Positions 1 to 8,934 of a stretch of 32,000 nt of DNA are shown here, one piece after another. Positions within the stretch are counted from its first letter, which is position 1, and each line of letters opens with the position of its first letter. The notes beneath the pieces were generated by a model that made no database searches, had not been told where the DNA came from, and saw only the letters and a list, made by a program, of their open reading frames with translations. Made by a program: the position numbers and the translations under genes. The DNA comes from Pyrolobus fumarii 1A (GTDB lineage Archaea > Thermoproteota > Thermoprotei_A > Sulfolobales > Pyrodictiaceae). The stretch is taken from the NCBI RefSeq assembly GCF_000223395.1, contig NC_015931.1, forward strand, positions 1,470,001 through 1,502,000. The letters are read 5' to 3'.

Positions 1-33
1 TCACTAAGCCCGACTTCCGTGTCATTAGCGGCT

Positions 34-456
34 CTACACCCCAGCTGCTTCGAAGCGTCTACCCTCCTCACGGTAGTAGAGATGCGGTATGCCGAGTTGA
101 AGTAGACGCCGGTGCAAACCTGTATCGGCGGTGACGGCTATAGCGTGTATATTCCGCCTCACATACTCTACTATTGCATCGTCTGCGAGTCTACCTGCCC
201 TAAAATTGGGTGTTACACAACCCCTCTTCGAGACTATCTGGATAGCTAGGCGTGCTGCGACTCTTTTCCTAACGCTACGAGAGGATGCGTGCCGCTCAAG
301 CTCTTCGAGCACCTGGGGTAGCACGACACATCTTGGCTTAGCGCCTAGAACCTCTTCAACAAGTTCGAAGACGGGAACCCCCTCAGCTAGGAGCATTAGC
401 GCACTAGTGTCATAAACTGCTTCCGCGATTCTCCATGCTGGGCGCGAGCTTAGCAA
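34..456 (-). CDS. PIN-domain ribonuclease (Fcf1/VapC-like)
   Basis: 140-aa ORF. The acidic motifs follow the PIN layout: 'VYDTSALM' near the N-terminus, 'LPQVLEELE' mid-protein and 'VTADTGL' distally. ATG 456 is the only start upstream of the DTS motif, and it overlaps the end of the upstream HTH gene by 47 nt. Confidence 0.6.
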   Translation of the reverse strand: MLSSRPAWRIAEAVYDTSALMLLAEGVPVFELVEEVLGAKPRCVVLPQVLEELERHASSRSVRKRVAARLAIQIVSKRGCVTPNFRAGRLADDAIVEYVRRNIHAIAVTADTGLHRRLLQLGIPHLYYREEGRRFEAAGV

Positions 457-1135
457 GTCTCTCTACCAGCTCATTGACACTACGTAGTGTGGAAAGGATT
501 AGCGGAAGTCTCTCAGCCTCAGCCAGTCTGATGGCCAGAGGGTCCACGTTCTCACGAGGGCCGTGGATAACCACTACGGCCGGTTTTATCGGTGCAACTC
601 TAACCGCTATCATAGGTGACCTGCCGGTCCCCACCCGTGTGAAGATCAATGCGCGCTCGCTAGTCATGCCCATTATGTAAATGAACTCGTTTCCTTCGAA
701 TACCTCGATAGCCTCCAGGCTATCGAGTATTGTGTAGCCGTATATCCTCTCAGCCGTGTGGCTCGTTAGAAGCACACCATCAACAGCCGCTAGGAGCTCA
801 TCGAATCGGATTCCTTCCTCGAAATCCCTAAGCTCGATGACACCCCTCTCTTCAACAGTCAGATGACGGGCGAGTTTACGTGTGACAGGCCACCCTCTTT
901 CAGCATCTATCTCGAGAAGCGCCTCAACAAATCTCTTTACGAATCGCGCACCAGGCTGCCTCCTGCCGCGCTCGTAATCAGAGATTACCGTTGGATTTAC
1001 ACCCATGCGTTTAGCTATCTCGCTTCGAGTAACGCCAAACAGTTCTCGCCACTTCTTCATCGCAGCGCCCGGTGACGCTGACATCACTATATCGCCAGCT
1101 ATGCGTCGGGCAACAGCGAGTGCAGTGGTCTTCAC
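410..1135 (-). CDS. XRE/Cro-type HTH transcriptional regulator with uncharacterised C-terminal domain (archaeal COG1395-like)
   Basis: 241-aa ORF with a GTG start. 'WRELFGVTRSEIAKRMGVNPTVISDYERGRRQP' is a classic XRE helix-turn-helix. About 150 further residues carry no motif I recognise. Confidence 0.6.
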   Translation of the reverse strand: MKTTALAVARRIAGDIVMSASPGAAMKKWRELFGVTRSEIAKRMGVNPTVISDYERGRRQPGARFVKRFVEALLEIDAERGWPVTRKLARHLTVEERGVIELRDFEEGIRFDELLAAVDGVLLTSHTAERIYGYTILDSLEAIEVFEGNEFIYIMGMTSERALIFTRVGTGRSPMIAVRVAPIKPAVVVIHGPRENVDPLAIRLAEAERLPLILSTLRSVNELVERLAKLAPSMENRGSSL

Positions 1136-1181
1136 GTTACCGGGCCCTCCCCAGGGGCCTCACTAGGTGGCTATGCTCACC

Positions 1182-1202
1182 CCCACTCTTATTAGGAGTG
1201 GG
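1182..1202. promoter_or_regulatory. 7-bp inverted repeat (CCCACTC/GAGTGGG) enclosing a TATA-like TTATTAG in the divergent HTH / eS26 intergenic region
   Basis: Read directly: CCCACTC 1182-1188, TTATTAG 1189-1195, GAGTGGG 1196-1202. The TATA-like loop lies about 30-40 nt upstream of the eS26 start (1223 or 1232). Confidence 0.3.
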
Positions 1203-1222
1203 AGTGTGGCGATAATGACCGG

Positions 1223-1522
1223 GTGCCGAGAGTGCCCAAGAAGAGGCAGAACAGAGGTAGGCACAAGGGTTCTAAGGGTCACGTGGGCGTAGTCCAGTGT
1301 GACAACTGTGGTAGGATAATACCACGTGACAAAGCGATATGTGTAACCAGGTACTACTCTCCGGTTGACCCACAGTTGGCACGCGAGCTTGAGAAGAAGG
1401 GCGCCATCATAATGAAGTATCCCGTCGAGAAGTGCTATTGTGTGAGCTGCGCGATACACTATGGCATTGTGAGGCAGAGGCCGCGCGAGGAGCGCAAGCC
1501 GAAGCCCTCAGTCCAGATCTAA
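1223..1522 (+). CDS. rps26e: 30S ribosomal protein eS26
   Basis: 'PKKRQNRGRHKGSKGHVGVVQCDNCGRIIPRDKAI...CVSCAIH' matches the eS26 N-terminus and its CxxC...CxxC zinc ribbon. The in-frame GTG at 1232 would give the typical MPKKR N-terminus, so the start is 1223 or 1232. Confidence 0.9.
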   Translation: MPRVPKKRQNRGRHKGSKGHVGVVQCDNCGRIIPRDKAICVTRYYSPVDPQLARELEKKGAIIMKYPVEKCYCVSCAIHYGIVRQRPREERKPKPSVQI

Positions 1523-1548
1523 AACTTGCTTTACAAGCTAACCTCACC

Positions 1549-1553
1549 TTTTT
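1549..1553 (+). terminator. T5 tract downstream of eS26 (candidate archaeal oligo-T terminator)
   Basis: TTTTT at 1549-1553, about 27 nt after the TAA stop. Archaeal RNA polymerase terminates at oligo-T tracts. Confidence 0.25.
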
Positions 1554-1582
1554 AAGCAGGTGCACAACGTTAGGTTCGTGCC

Positions 1583-2170
1583 ATGACAAGGTATCGTGTA
1601 CTTCGGCTTGACGAGGCGTTTCGGTTTAAGTGCGTGCGTTGCGACTTCTGCTGTGGTACGGGTCCTAACGTATCGCTAACAGCGTTTGACATAGTGAGGA
1701 TAGCAAAGTTTCTGGGTATAGGATGGCGTGATGTGCTAAAAAGCTACGTCAAGGTGATAATAGCTGATATCGTGCCGTTCTTCTCGCTTCGCGACAAGGG
1801 TAACGGGGAATGTGTATTCATGGAAAGAAAGCCGAGTGGTGAGACACTCTGTGTGATATACCCAGCTAGGCCCATGAGATGCCGCCTCTATCCCGTGATA
1901 ATCGAGTCCCTTAAGCCAGAGAGGTTCTACCTCGATCTCATGTGTCCGGGTGTCGACAAGGGTAGTGAGACGAGAGTATCGATGCGTCTTATCGAGGAGT
2001 ATGTCAGGGAACGTCGCGAGCATTACAGAAGGCTGTTTAGGCTGGTTTACGAGGAAGGTCTCGAGCCACAGGATGCTGTTGAGAGGCTATTGGAGGAGGT
2101 ATGGAAGGAGGCCGAAGGAGGTGCGGAGTGGGCAGATCTGGATAAACTCGAGATGTTAGGCTCTGTTTAA
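1583..2170 (+). CDS. YkgJ/UPF0153-family cysteine-cluster (Fe-S/Zn) protein
   Basis: 'CVRCDFCCGTGPNV' is the CxxCxxCC signature. It is accompanied by a downstream 'CVIYPARPMRCRLYP' motif. Confidence 0.7.
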   Translation: MTRYRVLRLDEAFRFKCVRCDFCCGTGPNVSLTAFDIVRIAKFLGIGWRDVLKSYVKVIIADIVPFFSLRDKGNGECVFMERKPSGETLCVIYPARPMRCRLYPVIIESLKPERFYLDLMCPGVDKGSETRVSMRLIEEYVRERREHYRRLFRLVYEEGLEPQDAVERLLEEVWKEAEGGAEWADLDKLEMLGSV

Positions 2171-3141
2171 CGTGCAGCATGTAGCCAGCATCGTACATAG
2201 TGCCCCTTTTCGACTTCTATGAGTGGCGGTAGTTCTCGTCGACACTTCTCGCGGAGCTCGCTGGGCGCCTCGCTACATCTTGGTTCGAATCTACATCCTG
2301 GTGGAGGGTTGCGTAGATCCGGAGGAGAGCCCGGTATGTAACGTAGCTTGGACTTTGGGCCTCGTAGGCGAGGTATGGCAGCTAGAAGTGCTCTCGTGTA
2401 TGGGTGTTGCGGGTTAGTGTAGACGCGCTCGGCGGGACCGTACTCTACAATATGACCTGCATACATTATTGCTACCTTGTCGGCCAGCTCGGCTATGACG
2501 CTCAAGTCGTGGCTGATGAGTATCATGCTCATGCCAAGCTCCTTCTTGAGCCTTTTGAGCAGGTTTAGGATCTGGGCTTGAACCACAACGTCAAGGGCGG
2601 TTGTAGGCTCATCAGCTATCACTACATTTGGGTGTAGCGCCAACGCCATTGCTATAACCACGCGCTGCTTCTGGCCGCCGCTAAGCTCGTGTGGATACCT
2701 GTTCACAAAGCTAGGTGGGAGCCCAACCATCTTGAGAAGCTCCTTTGCTCTTTCTAGAGCCTCCTTCTTGCTCAAACCCTTGTGTATTATCAGAGGCTCG
2801 GCTATCTGGTACCCAACGGTATACACCGGCACGAGGACGTTAGCGGCACCTTGGAACACCATGCTTATCTTCTGCCAACGTACCTTGCTCCGTAACTCGG
2901 CTTCACTCAGCTTCATTATATCGATGCCATCTATCACTATACTGCCTTTCACTATCTTCCCGGGAGGCGGGACTAGCCTAAGGAGACTGTAGGCTACTGT
3001 ACTCTTGCCACTGCCGCTCTCGCCTGCTATGCCAAGTACTTCACCCCTCTCTAGCGTGAAGCTTACACCTTCTACTGCTCGTACTACTCCACGTAGCGTG
3101 TAGTAGTGCACGTGGAGGTCTCTAACCTCCAGTATCGGCAA
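2167..3141 (-). CDS. ABC transporter ATP-binding protein, oligopeptide/dipeptide (OppD/DppD) type
   Basis: Walker A 'GESGSGKST', signature 'LSGGQKQRV', Walker B 'VIADEPTTALD' and H-loop 'ISHDL'. The C-terminal 'NPQHPYTRALL...GCRFEPRC' is the oligopeptide-type extension. Confidence 0.9.
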   Translation of the reverse strand: MPILEVRDLHVHYYTLRGVVRAVEGVSFTLERGEVLGIAGESGSGKSTVAYSLLRLVPPPGKIVKGSIVIDGIDIMKLSEAELRSKVRWQKISMVFQGAANVLVPVYTVGYQIAEPLIIHKGLSKKEALERAKELLKMVGLPPSFVNRYPHELSGGQKQRVVIAMALALHPNVVIADEPTTALDVVVQAQILNLLKRLKKELGMSMILISHDLSVIAELADKVAIMYAGHIVEYGPAERVYTNPQHPYTRALLAAIPRLRGPKSKLRYIPGSPPDLRNPPPGCRFEPRCSEAPSELREKCRRELPPLIEVEKGHYVRCWLHAAR

Positions 3142-3197
3142 CTTGTCTAGCCCGTGGCTAGTCGATACACGAGACCCTAATCCATTTTACCGTGGGA

Positions 3198-4151
3198 TTA
3201 GAAGGGGGTTTCGTGGCACCTAATACTAGCCTCTACTGTAGAATCGGCCGTCTCGAGTATAACCTCGTTATCCTCTAGCATTTGGAACATCCTCGTCATG
3301 AATGGGTTATTGAGCACTAGGTCCGGGTTCGCTGCTGCAGCCAGCGAGGAGGCCAACGCGGCTATACTGTCAGTGTCGCCGCCCAAGCTCAGCGCATATG
3401 CTATGCTACGAACAGGATCTCCCCGTGCTCTTACCAGCACGTAGACGGCTGCCGGTATAGACTCGAACGCTGCACTACCATTCCCTATCACCTTTGCCAC
3501 CCTCTCCGGGCTAGCATCTATCAATTCTTGTATGAGTTCCAGCCTCTCGCGGAACTCTTCGTACATAGTCTCGCGGGCCAGGTAGTAGGGTAGCTCTTCG
3601 ACATCCATACCATGCATCAACTCGTATAATGCCAGGGCGTGTAGGCGTGCACCCTCTACGCCCAACGGGTGGGTATGCGTCACCATGGCTTGCGCGACAG
3701 CCATAGCCTCAACAGCGTCGCGTGTAGTGTAGAATATCGGTATGGGTGGAACGCGTACAGCACCGCCGTTCCCAAAGCTACCCTGACCACCCCATGCTAG
3801 TCTAGCAGCGACTCTCCAGTCGCGTCCCCTTCTAACAGCCTCAACAACCTCAGCCACGCCAAGACCATAGTTACGGATAGGATCCCATGTTCGTGCCTCC
3901 TCGGCCAGCCTCTTTACGAACACAACCGGGTTAAACCCGCATGAGTCTACGATGCTCCTTGCCAGTATCAACGTAAGCTCTGTGTCATCGCTGTATGCAA
4001 TACGGTCTCCTATGCGTACAGGAGTTACCCCCTTCGGATCTTCCAGCCATTTGTTGTGTGGAGGGGTGCCGCTAATCTCTAGGGGTAAGCCAAGTGCGTC
4101 ACCAACACTTAGCGCGAGAAATATGGCGCGTGCTGCTCTGTACAGCGTCAC
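3198..4151 (-). CDS. ADP-ribosylglycohydrolase family protein
   Basis: 'SVGDALGLPLE', 'YSDDTELT' and 'LGGDTDSIAA' are the family's metal-binding motifs. GTG start. Confidence 0.8.
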   Translation of the reverse strand: MTLYRAARAIFLALSVGDALGLPLEISGTPPHNKWLEDPKGVTPVRIGDRIAYSDDTELTLILARSIVDSCGFNPVVFVKRLAEEARTWDPIRNYGLGVAEVVEAVRRGRDWRVAARLAWGGQGSFGNGGAVRVPPIPIFYTTRDAVEAMAVAQAMVTHTHPLGVEGARLHALALYELMHGMDVEELPYYLARETMYEEFRERLELIQELIDASPERVAKVIGNGSAAFESIPAAVYVLVRARGDPVRSIAYALSLGGDTDSIAALASSLAAAANPDLVLNNPFMTRMFQMLEDNEVILETADSTVEASIRCHETPF

Positions 4152-4190
4152 ATGCTCACCTCTTTCGTACCTCTTGGGCTAGAAACCCGG

Positions 4191-4196
4191 TTTATA
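4191..4196. promoter_or_regulatory. TATA box (TTTATA/TATAAA) in a divergent intergenic region
   Basis: It lies 32 nt upstream of ATG 4228 on the plus strand and 40-45 nt upstream of GTG 4151 on the minus strand. Confidence 0.3.
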
Positions 4197-4227
4197 GGCT
4201 AAGGTTAGTGGTTAAACGGGTCTTGCT

Positions 4228-5178
4228 ATGAGCGTGGCTGTCGCTCACCTAGGTTGCTCGCGAGAGGGTATTGTAGTTACACATGGTGGTGCAGGAGGGT
4301 GGGACAAGAAGCGTGTTGTGAAGGCATTAGACGTTGTTCGTGAGGCGGCGCGTGTCGGCTACGTAAAGCTTGTGGAAGGGGATGTGCTCGACGCGGTAGT
4401 AGCTGCTGTTAAATTCATGGAGGATAGTGGAGTGCTGAACGCCGGATTGGGGAGCGTCCTCACACTTGACGGCGTCTTAGAAATGGATGCCGGGTTAATG
4501 ACGTCTTGGGGTCTCGTGGGTGCTGTAGCCGGAGTGCAAAGGCTGCGAAACCCTATACTAGCCGCTCTTGTGGTTGCACTTGAGACTCCCCATGTAATAA
4601 TAGCGGGTGAGGGTGCGGACGCATTAGGCGAGTCCTTTGGGGTTGCGGCGCACCCGGGCCCCATGCCAGAGAGAGTGGCTACACATGCAAAGAACATGAT
4701 AAAATCGAGGGAGAAGATATTAGCAAGGATAGCGTCGGGGAAGCTTTCGATACTAGAACTTAATGGGGCAGATACTGTAGGGGCTGTTGCCTACAGCCCG
4801 CACAGTGGTCTTGCGGCAGCTACCAGTACGGGTGGTGTGTCTGGCAAGCTGAGGGGGCGAGTCGGGGATACGCCAATACCGGGTGCAGGCTTCTATGCGA
4901 CTAGGAGGGTTGCGTGTTCCGCCACGGGTATCGGCGAGACGATAATCCTCTCGATGGCGTGTAGATGCATAGCAGAGTTGATTGAAGATGGTGAGCAGCC
5001 GGAGGAGGCGCTACGCCGTGTAGTGGAGGAGCACACAAGAACGTTCGGGGAGAACACGCTTGGCGTGATAATAGTCGATGCGAATGGGTGTGGGTATGCG
5101 GCGACAAACGCCAGGATGCCGACCGGTGTAGCCACACCCAGGTCTTTAGAAGCCTGCCTGGTAACTACCAAGGGGTGA
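4228..5178 (+). CDS. Isoaspartyl peptidase / L-asparaginase (plant-type, Ntn-hydrolase)
   Basis: 'THGGAGG', autoprocessing site 'GADTVGAVA', 'GRVGDTPIPGAGFYA' and 'TGIGE'. Confidence 0.85.
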   Translation: MSVAVAHLGCSREGIVVTHGGAGGWDKKRVVKALDVVREAARVGYVKLVEGDVLDAVVAAVKFMEDSGVLNAGLGSVLTLDGVLEMDAGLMTSWGLVGAVAGVQRLRNPILAALVVALETPHVIIAGEGADALGESFGVAAHPGPMPERVATHAKNMIKSREKILARIASGKLSILELNGADTVGAVAYSPHSGLAAATSTGGVSGKLRGRVGDTPIPGAGFYATRRVACSATGIGETIILSMACRCIAELIEDGEQPEEALRRVVEEHTRTFGENTLGVIIVDANGCGYAATNARMPTGVATPRSLEACLVTTKG

Positions 5179-5190
5179 TCAGGTAGGAGT

Positions 5191-5640
5191 GTGTGCATCA
5201 ACAGCTGGAGGCTCCATAAACTAGTGGCCTTAAGCTCATTAGGTACATTGGTTGCAGCCGTTTCTAGCTTGCTAGTGCTTTACCACATGGGGGCCGGTGT
5301 ATGGTTCCGTGTGACGGCGGGCCTAGCGGCGTCAACAGTCATAGCAACAACGGCTTTGCTATGCAGCGTCATGAAGAAACCCCGCGCCTCGTGCATACTA
5401 GCATTACTGTATCCGTTGGCCGGCCTAGCATTCTACATGGTGGCTAGAAGATTGTGGGGGAGAGCTAGTGACGAGTGCAAGGTAGTCGCGATGGCATCGA
5501 TAATTGTGACGCCCCTTGTACCTATAGCTGCACTTGTTTGCCTCAAGCCTCCGATAGGGAGAAAAGTAGTGCAAGAAGAGGAGCTGTTTGGAGCCGCCCC
5601 AGGCGCCTCTAACGCCGCCGTGTCGCACGGCGGTGGATGA
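5191..5640 (+). CDS. Hypothetical integral membrane protein
   Basis: 149-aa ORF with about four hydrophobic helices. A purine-rich GGTAGGAG sits just upstream of the GTG start. No family recognised. Confidence 0.4.
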   Translation: MCINSWRLHKLVALSSLGTLVAAVSSLLVLYHMGAGVWFRVTAGLAASTVIATTALLCSVMKKPRASCILALLYPLAGLAFYMVARRLWGRASDECKVVAMASIIVTPLVPIAALVCLKPPIGRKVVQEEELFGAAPGASNAAVSHGGG

Positions 5641-5679
5641 GGAGGCGTTAGCCCCCCTAGGCAGCCCCTATCTGGTGGT

Positions 5680-6969
5680 GTGTGGCGCGTGGTTGAGGGG
5701 CGTGACCTTCGCGAAATAGTCGAGCGTGTAGTTAAAGGCGAGGTTAAACTACATGAGCTTGACAAGCTACTGGGTAACTCTAACCTAGCCGCACTCGTTA
5801 GGAGACTAGCGCTCGAGAAGATAACGGGCGTAAGCCTCTCATCGATAGGCTCGACTATACTTGATTTCGAGGAGCTTGTTGGCAGGAACATTGAGAACCC
5901 TATAGGAGCAGTTCAAGTGCCTGTTGGCATCGTAGGCCCTCTTAGAGTGCAAGGGGAGTATGCAAGGGGAGACTTCTACGTACCTCTCGCAACGACTGAA
6001 GGTGCGCTAGTGGCGAGTGTTAATCGTGGTGCAAAAGCGGTAACGTTGGCCGGTGGCGCAAAGACTCGGATACTAAGAGATGGTATGACCAGAGCGCCAG
6101 TAATATGGACGCCGAGCGTCGAGGAGGCTGTCAAGCTGGTAAAATGGGTCGAGGAGAACATAGACGTGCTAAAGAAGGCTGCAGAGTCGACTACCAGGCA
6201 TGGCAAGCTAAAGGGCCTCACGTGGTGGATAACGGGCAACCTAGTATGGCTTCGTTTTGAATTCGAAACCGGCGACGCCATGGGCATGAATATGGTCACC
6301 ATAGCTGTGGATAAGGCGTTGCAAGAACTACTCAACAACTATGACGGTGATATTCGTGTTGTGGCACTAAGTGGAAACATGTGTGTTGACAAGAAACCAT
6401 CAATTTTGAACATGCTACTTGGGCGCGGTAAGACCGTCGTGGCCGAGGCGATAATACCGCGTGACGTGGTTAGGGAGGTGCTGAAAACAACTCCTGAAGC
6501 TATACATGAGGTTAACGTGGCCAAGAACCTCATGGGTTCGGCGAGAGCAGGCAGCTTGTCGTACAACGCGCATTATGCTAACATTATTGCAGCCATTTTC
6601 ATAGCAACTGGGCAAGACGTTGCACAGGTGGTTGAGAGTAGCATGGGCTACACATGGACCGAGGTGAGAAACGGCGACTTGTACATCTCGGTTACGTTAC
6701 CGAGTCTGGAGGTCGGCACGGTAGGGGGTGGTACAAGACTACCGACTCAGCGCGAGGCACTTGCACTAATGGGCGTTGGGGGTTCAGGCAACCCTCCGGG
6801 CACCAACGCCAAGAAGTTTGCAGAGATTGTGGCGGCCACGGTACTAGCAGGTGAACTTAGTCTTCTAGCAGCCTTAGCGGCGGGGCACCTGGCAAAAGCG
6901 CACATAAAACTTGGTAGAGGTGAGCTAAATCGCTCGGACAGCAACATAGGATCCAAGGTTAACCCCTAG
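5680..6969 (+). CDS. hmgA: 3-hydroxy-3-methylglutaryl-CoA reductase, class I (soluble archaeal type)
   Basis: 'TTEGALVAS', 'GDAMGMNM' and 'EVGTVGGGT' motifs. 429 aa with no membrane domain. Confidence 0.95.
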   Translation: MWRVVEGRDLREIVERVVKGEVKLHELDKLLGNSNLAALVRRLALEKITGVSLSSIGSTILDFEELVGRNIENPIGAVQVPVGIVGPLRVQGEYARGDFYVPLATTEGALVASVNRGAKAVTLAGGAKTRILRDGMTRAPVIWTPSVEEAVKLVKWVEENIDVLKKAAESTTRHGKLKGLTWWITGNLVWLRFEFETGDAMGMNMVTIAVDKALQELLNNYDGDIRVVALSGNMCVDKKPSILNMLLGRGKTVVAEAIIPRDVVREVLKTTPEAIHEVNVAKNLMGSARAGSLSYNAHYANIIAAIFIATGQDVAQVVESSMGYTWTEVRNGDLYISVTLPSLEVGTVGGGTRLPTQREALALMGVGGSGNPPGTNAKKFAEIVAATVLAGELSLLAALAAGHLAKAHIKLGRGELNRSDSNIGSKVNP

Positions 6970-7803
6970 CTCTTGTGCTAGAAACTTGCAAGGAACGCGC
7001 ATCAAGCTATAGACCCTTTTACCAAGCCTATTGTTCACGAAGTGGAGATGATTCATTGCGCCCTTGACTATAACAGCATCGGCGTCATTAACTACTTTGA
7101 TAGCCTCCTCATTCACCTCGTCCACTATAAGAGAGGCTGCATCACTACCTGTCTCGATAACATCATCTAGATAATCTATCACACCCAGCCGTTTAAGCTC
7201 CTTTATAGTTGCGTCATCCTCAAAAGTATCGCTCTTAACAACGCCTATGACGGTAGCACCGTTCTCCCTCAAGACCTTTATAAAGAGTGTGTCATAGAGT
7301 GCCTCAAGGCTACTATCGAAAACGTATGCTATGACATTCACCTTGCCTGCATGTAAAAGATTGTATAACTCTGCAGCCTCGTTCCTCCTAAGTTCTATTC
7401 TCGAAACTGAGGTCGCATCATGGATATACGGATCTAGGTAGGGTCTTGCGAGGTCAAGAGCATTGCCTGCTACAGCGGCTTTTAGAGCGAAATGGAATCT
7501 TTCAGTACCTTCAAGTCTTAGCAGCTTCTCATTTATTGTCTCTACAGCTTCACGTACTGCAGGTTCAAGCTCCTTCTTGATCTCCGCATACACATCATCA
7601 ACGCCGACGATACTCTTGAGTCTTCTAAAACTAACTGTTGCGAGAAGTGATAGCTCGATATCCGGGCCGAGATAGACACCGACGGATTCAGCTATGCTCC
7701 TAAAGCTTGCCAGGGAGTCCTCAACGTTCAACCCCGAGAGTTTTTCGAGTTCGCGTGCACGTGTTAGGAGCGTGCATGCGGCGCAAAGAGGCTTGACTTT
7801 CAC
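6925..7803 (-). CDS. DUF89 (ARMT1-like damage-control phosphatase) family protein
   Basis: 'AVAGNALD', '[12 protein letters not shown]' and 'VIVKGAMN' resemble DUF89 motifs, though divergent. The ORF is open to ATG 7908. I prefer GTG 7803 ([10 protein letters not shown]...) because a TATA-like box at 7848-7853 lies upstream of it, and 7908 would overlap the upstream gene. Confidence 0.55.
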   Translation of the reverse strand: MKVKPLCAACTLLTRARELEKLSGLNVEDSLASFRSIAESVGVYLGPDIELSLLATVSFRRLKSIVGVDDVYAEIKKELEPAVREAVETINEKLLRLEGTERFHFALKAAVAGNALDLARPYLDPYIHDATSVSRIELRRNEAAELYNLLHAGKVNVIAYVFDSSLEALYDTLFIKVLRENGATVIGVVKSDTFEDDATIKELKRLGVIDYLDDVIETGSDAASLIVDEVNEEAIKVVNDADAVIVKGAMNHLHFVNNRLGKRVYSLMRVPCKFLAQELGVNLGSYVAVRAI

Positions 7804-7847
7804 TCTATCACCTTGCTCGCATGGTTCGGCGTGATGCCCGACGGGGC

Positions 7848-7853
7848 TATAAA
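7848..7853 (-). promoter_or_regulatory. TATA-like box (TTTATA on minus strand) upstream of the DUF89 gene
   Basis: The plus strand reads CTATAAAC at 7847-7854. That is about 45 nt upstream of GTG 7803. Confidence 0.3.
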
Positions 7854-7874
7854 CTATGAGCAGAGGGATAGATG

Positions 7875-8297
7875 TTATAATACTTCGATTTTGTGTCGTA
7901 TACTCCACGCATATATAGCACCTATCAGGGCGATGATCGCGGCAAACTCTAACACGGCCATCACGGTTGTGGTTTTACTTGAAGTCTTCACAAGTACAGC
8001 TTCGAGTACCACGTATGACCCCCTAGCAATTGGTACCGTGATACTATACACCAACATGTTTTCAGTTTCTTCTTCAATGCTTCCATGGCTTAACACTATC
8101 GTCAAAGCTTTACGAGTGTCCACGAGTACACCCTGGCACTCCGAGACAGGCGGGTATGTATCCACGTGCCACACGCCATGCGTATAAATGGCGGTGCCTA
8201 TGGCGGTCAACACGCCATTACAGTATAGCTTTGCTACGAAGGTATTGCTCGGGGTGAGCGCGAGCACGGGAACCGGCGTAACGAGTAGTGTTAACAC
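7875..8297 (-). CDS. Hypothetical small secreted / C-terminally membrane-anchored protein
   Basis: It has a hydrophobic N-terminus (LTLLVTPVPVLAL) and a C-terminal hydrophobic helix (VMAVLEFAAIIALIGAIYAW). The hydrophobic stretch continues in frame upstream of GTG 8297 (..RPPLPQVVLLL) without a canonical start, so the start is uncertain. Confidence 0.35.
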   Translation of the reverse strand: MLTLLVTPVPVLALTPSNTFVAKLYCNGVLTAIGTAIYTHGVWHVDTYPPVSECQGVLVDTRKALTIVLSHGSIEEETENMLVYSITVPIARGSYVVLEAVLVKTSSKTTTVMAVLEFAAIIALIGAIYAWSIRHKIEVL

Positions 8298-8350
8298 GAG
8301 AAGTAAAACGACTTGAGGTAGTGGGGGTCTTGCTATGGTCTGCCACCTCC

Positions 8351-8887
8351 TTAGGACTTAGCCTCACGGTACCTACGTATAGCCTCCATTATCTTCTTGC
8401 GTGCCTCGTCAGCACCGCGCCACTCCTTGACTTTAACCCATTTACCGGGTTCTAACTCCTTGTAATGCTCGAAGAAGTGTTTGATACGCTCTTTGAGTGC
8501 TTCTGGCAAGTCATTAACATCGCGGATGTTGCTGAACGTTGGGTCGAGTTTGTCCTTAGGTACAGCAACTACCTTGCTATCTGGGCCTTCCTCATCCTCC
8601 ATGATAAGTAGTGCTACAGGCCTAGCTTCTATCACGACACCGGGTAGCAGAGGCTCTCTCGTTATAACGAGAACGTCTACAGGGTCGCCATCCTCCTCCA
8701 TGGTGCCTGGTATGAAGCCGTAGTTGAACGGGTAAACCATGCTAGTGTAAAGGAACCTATCGACCTTGATGACTCCAGCCTCCTTGTCAAACTCGTACTT
8801 AACGCCGCTGCCCATAGGTATCTCTATAAGCACGTTCACGATTTCCGGCGCCTTTTCACCAGGGCCAATCTTCTCAAGGTCGACCAT
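8351..8887 (-). CDS. ppa: Inorganic pyrophosphatase (family I)
   Basis: '[23 protein letters not shown]' and 'DSKVVAVP' are canonical. 178 aa. Confidence 0.95.
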   Translation of the reverse strand: MVDLEKIGPGEKAPEIVNVLIEIPMGSGVKYEFDKEAGVIKVDRFLYTSMVYPFNYGFIPGTMEEDGDPVDVLVITREPLLPGVVIEARPVALLIMEDEEGPDSKVVAVPKDKLDPTFSNIRDVNDLPEALKERIKHFFEHYKELEPGKWVKVKEWRGADEARKKIMEAIRRYREAKS

Positions 8888-8934
8888 CCAGGGCCACCAC
8901 TGGGTGAGAGGTTAAGCCCCCGGTATAACCCGGT

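Noticed and set aside
5433-5891. 152-aa minus-strand ORF spanning the membrane-protein gene, the hmgA start and the spacer between them.
   Set aside because: It is Ser/Pro/Thr-rich with no motifs. It overlaps two plus-strand ORFs with better coding character, one of which is an unambiguous hmgA.
7813-8187. 124-aa plus-strand ORF competing with the minus-strand 7875..8297 ORF.
   Set aside because: The minus-strand product has an organised signal-like N-terminus and a C-terminal hydrophobic anchor. The plus-strand product has no organisation and would run head-on into the DUF89 promoter region. Neither is strongly supported, so the minus ORF is reported at low confidence.
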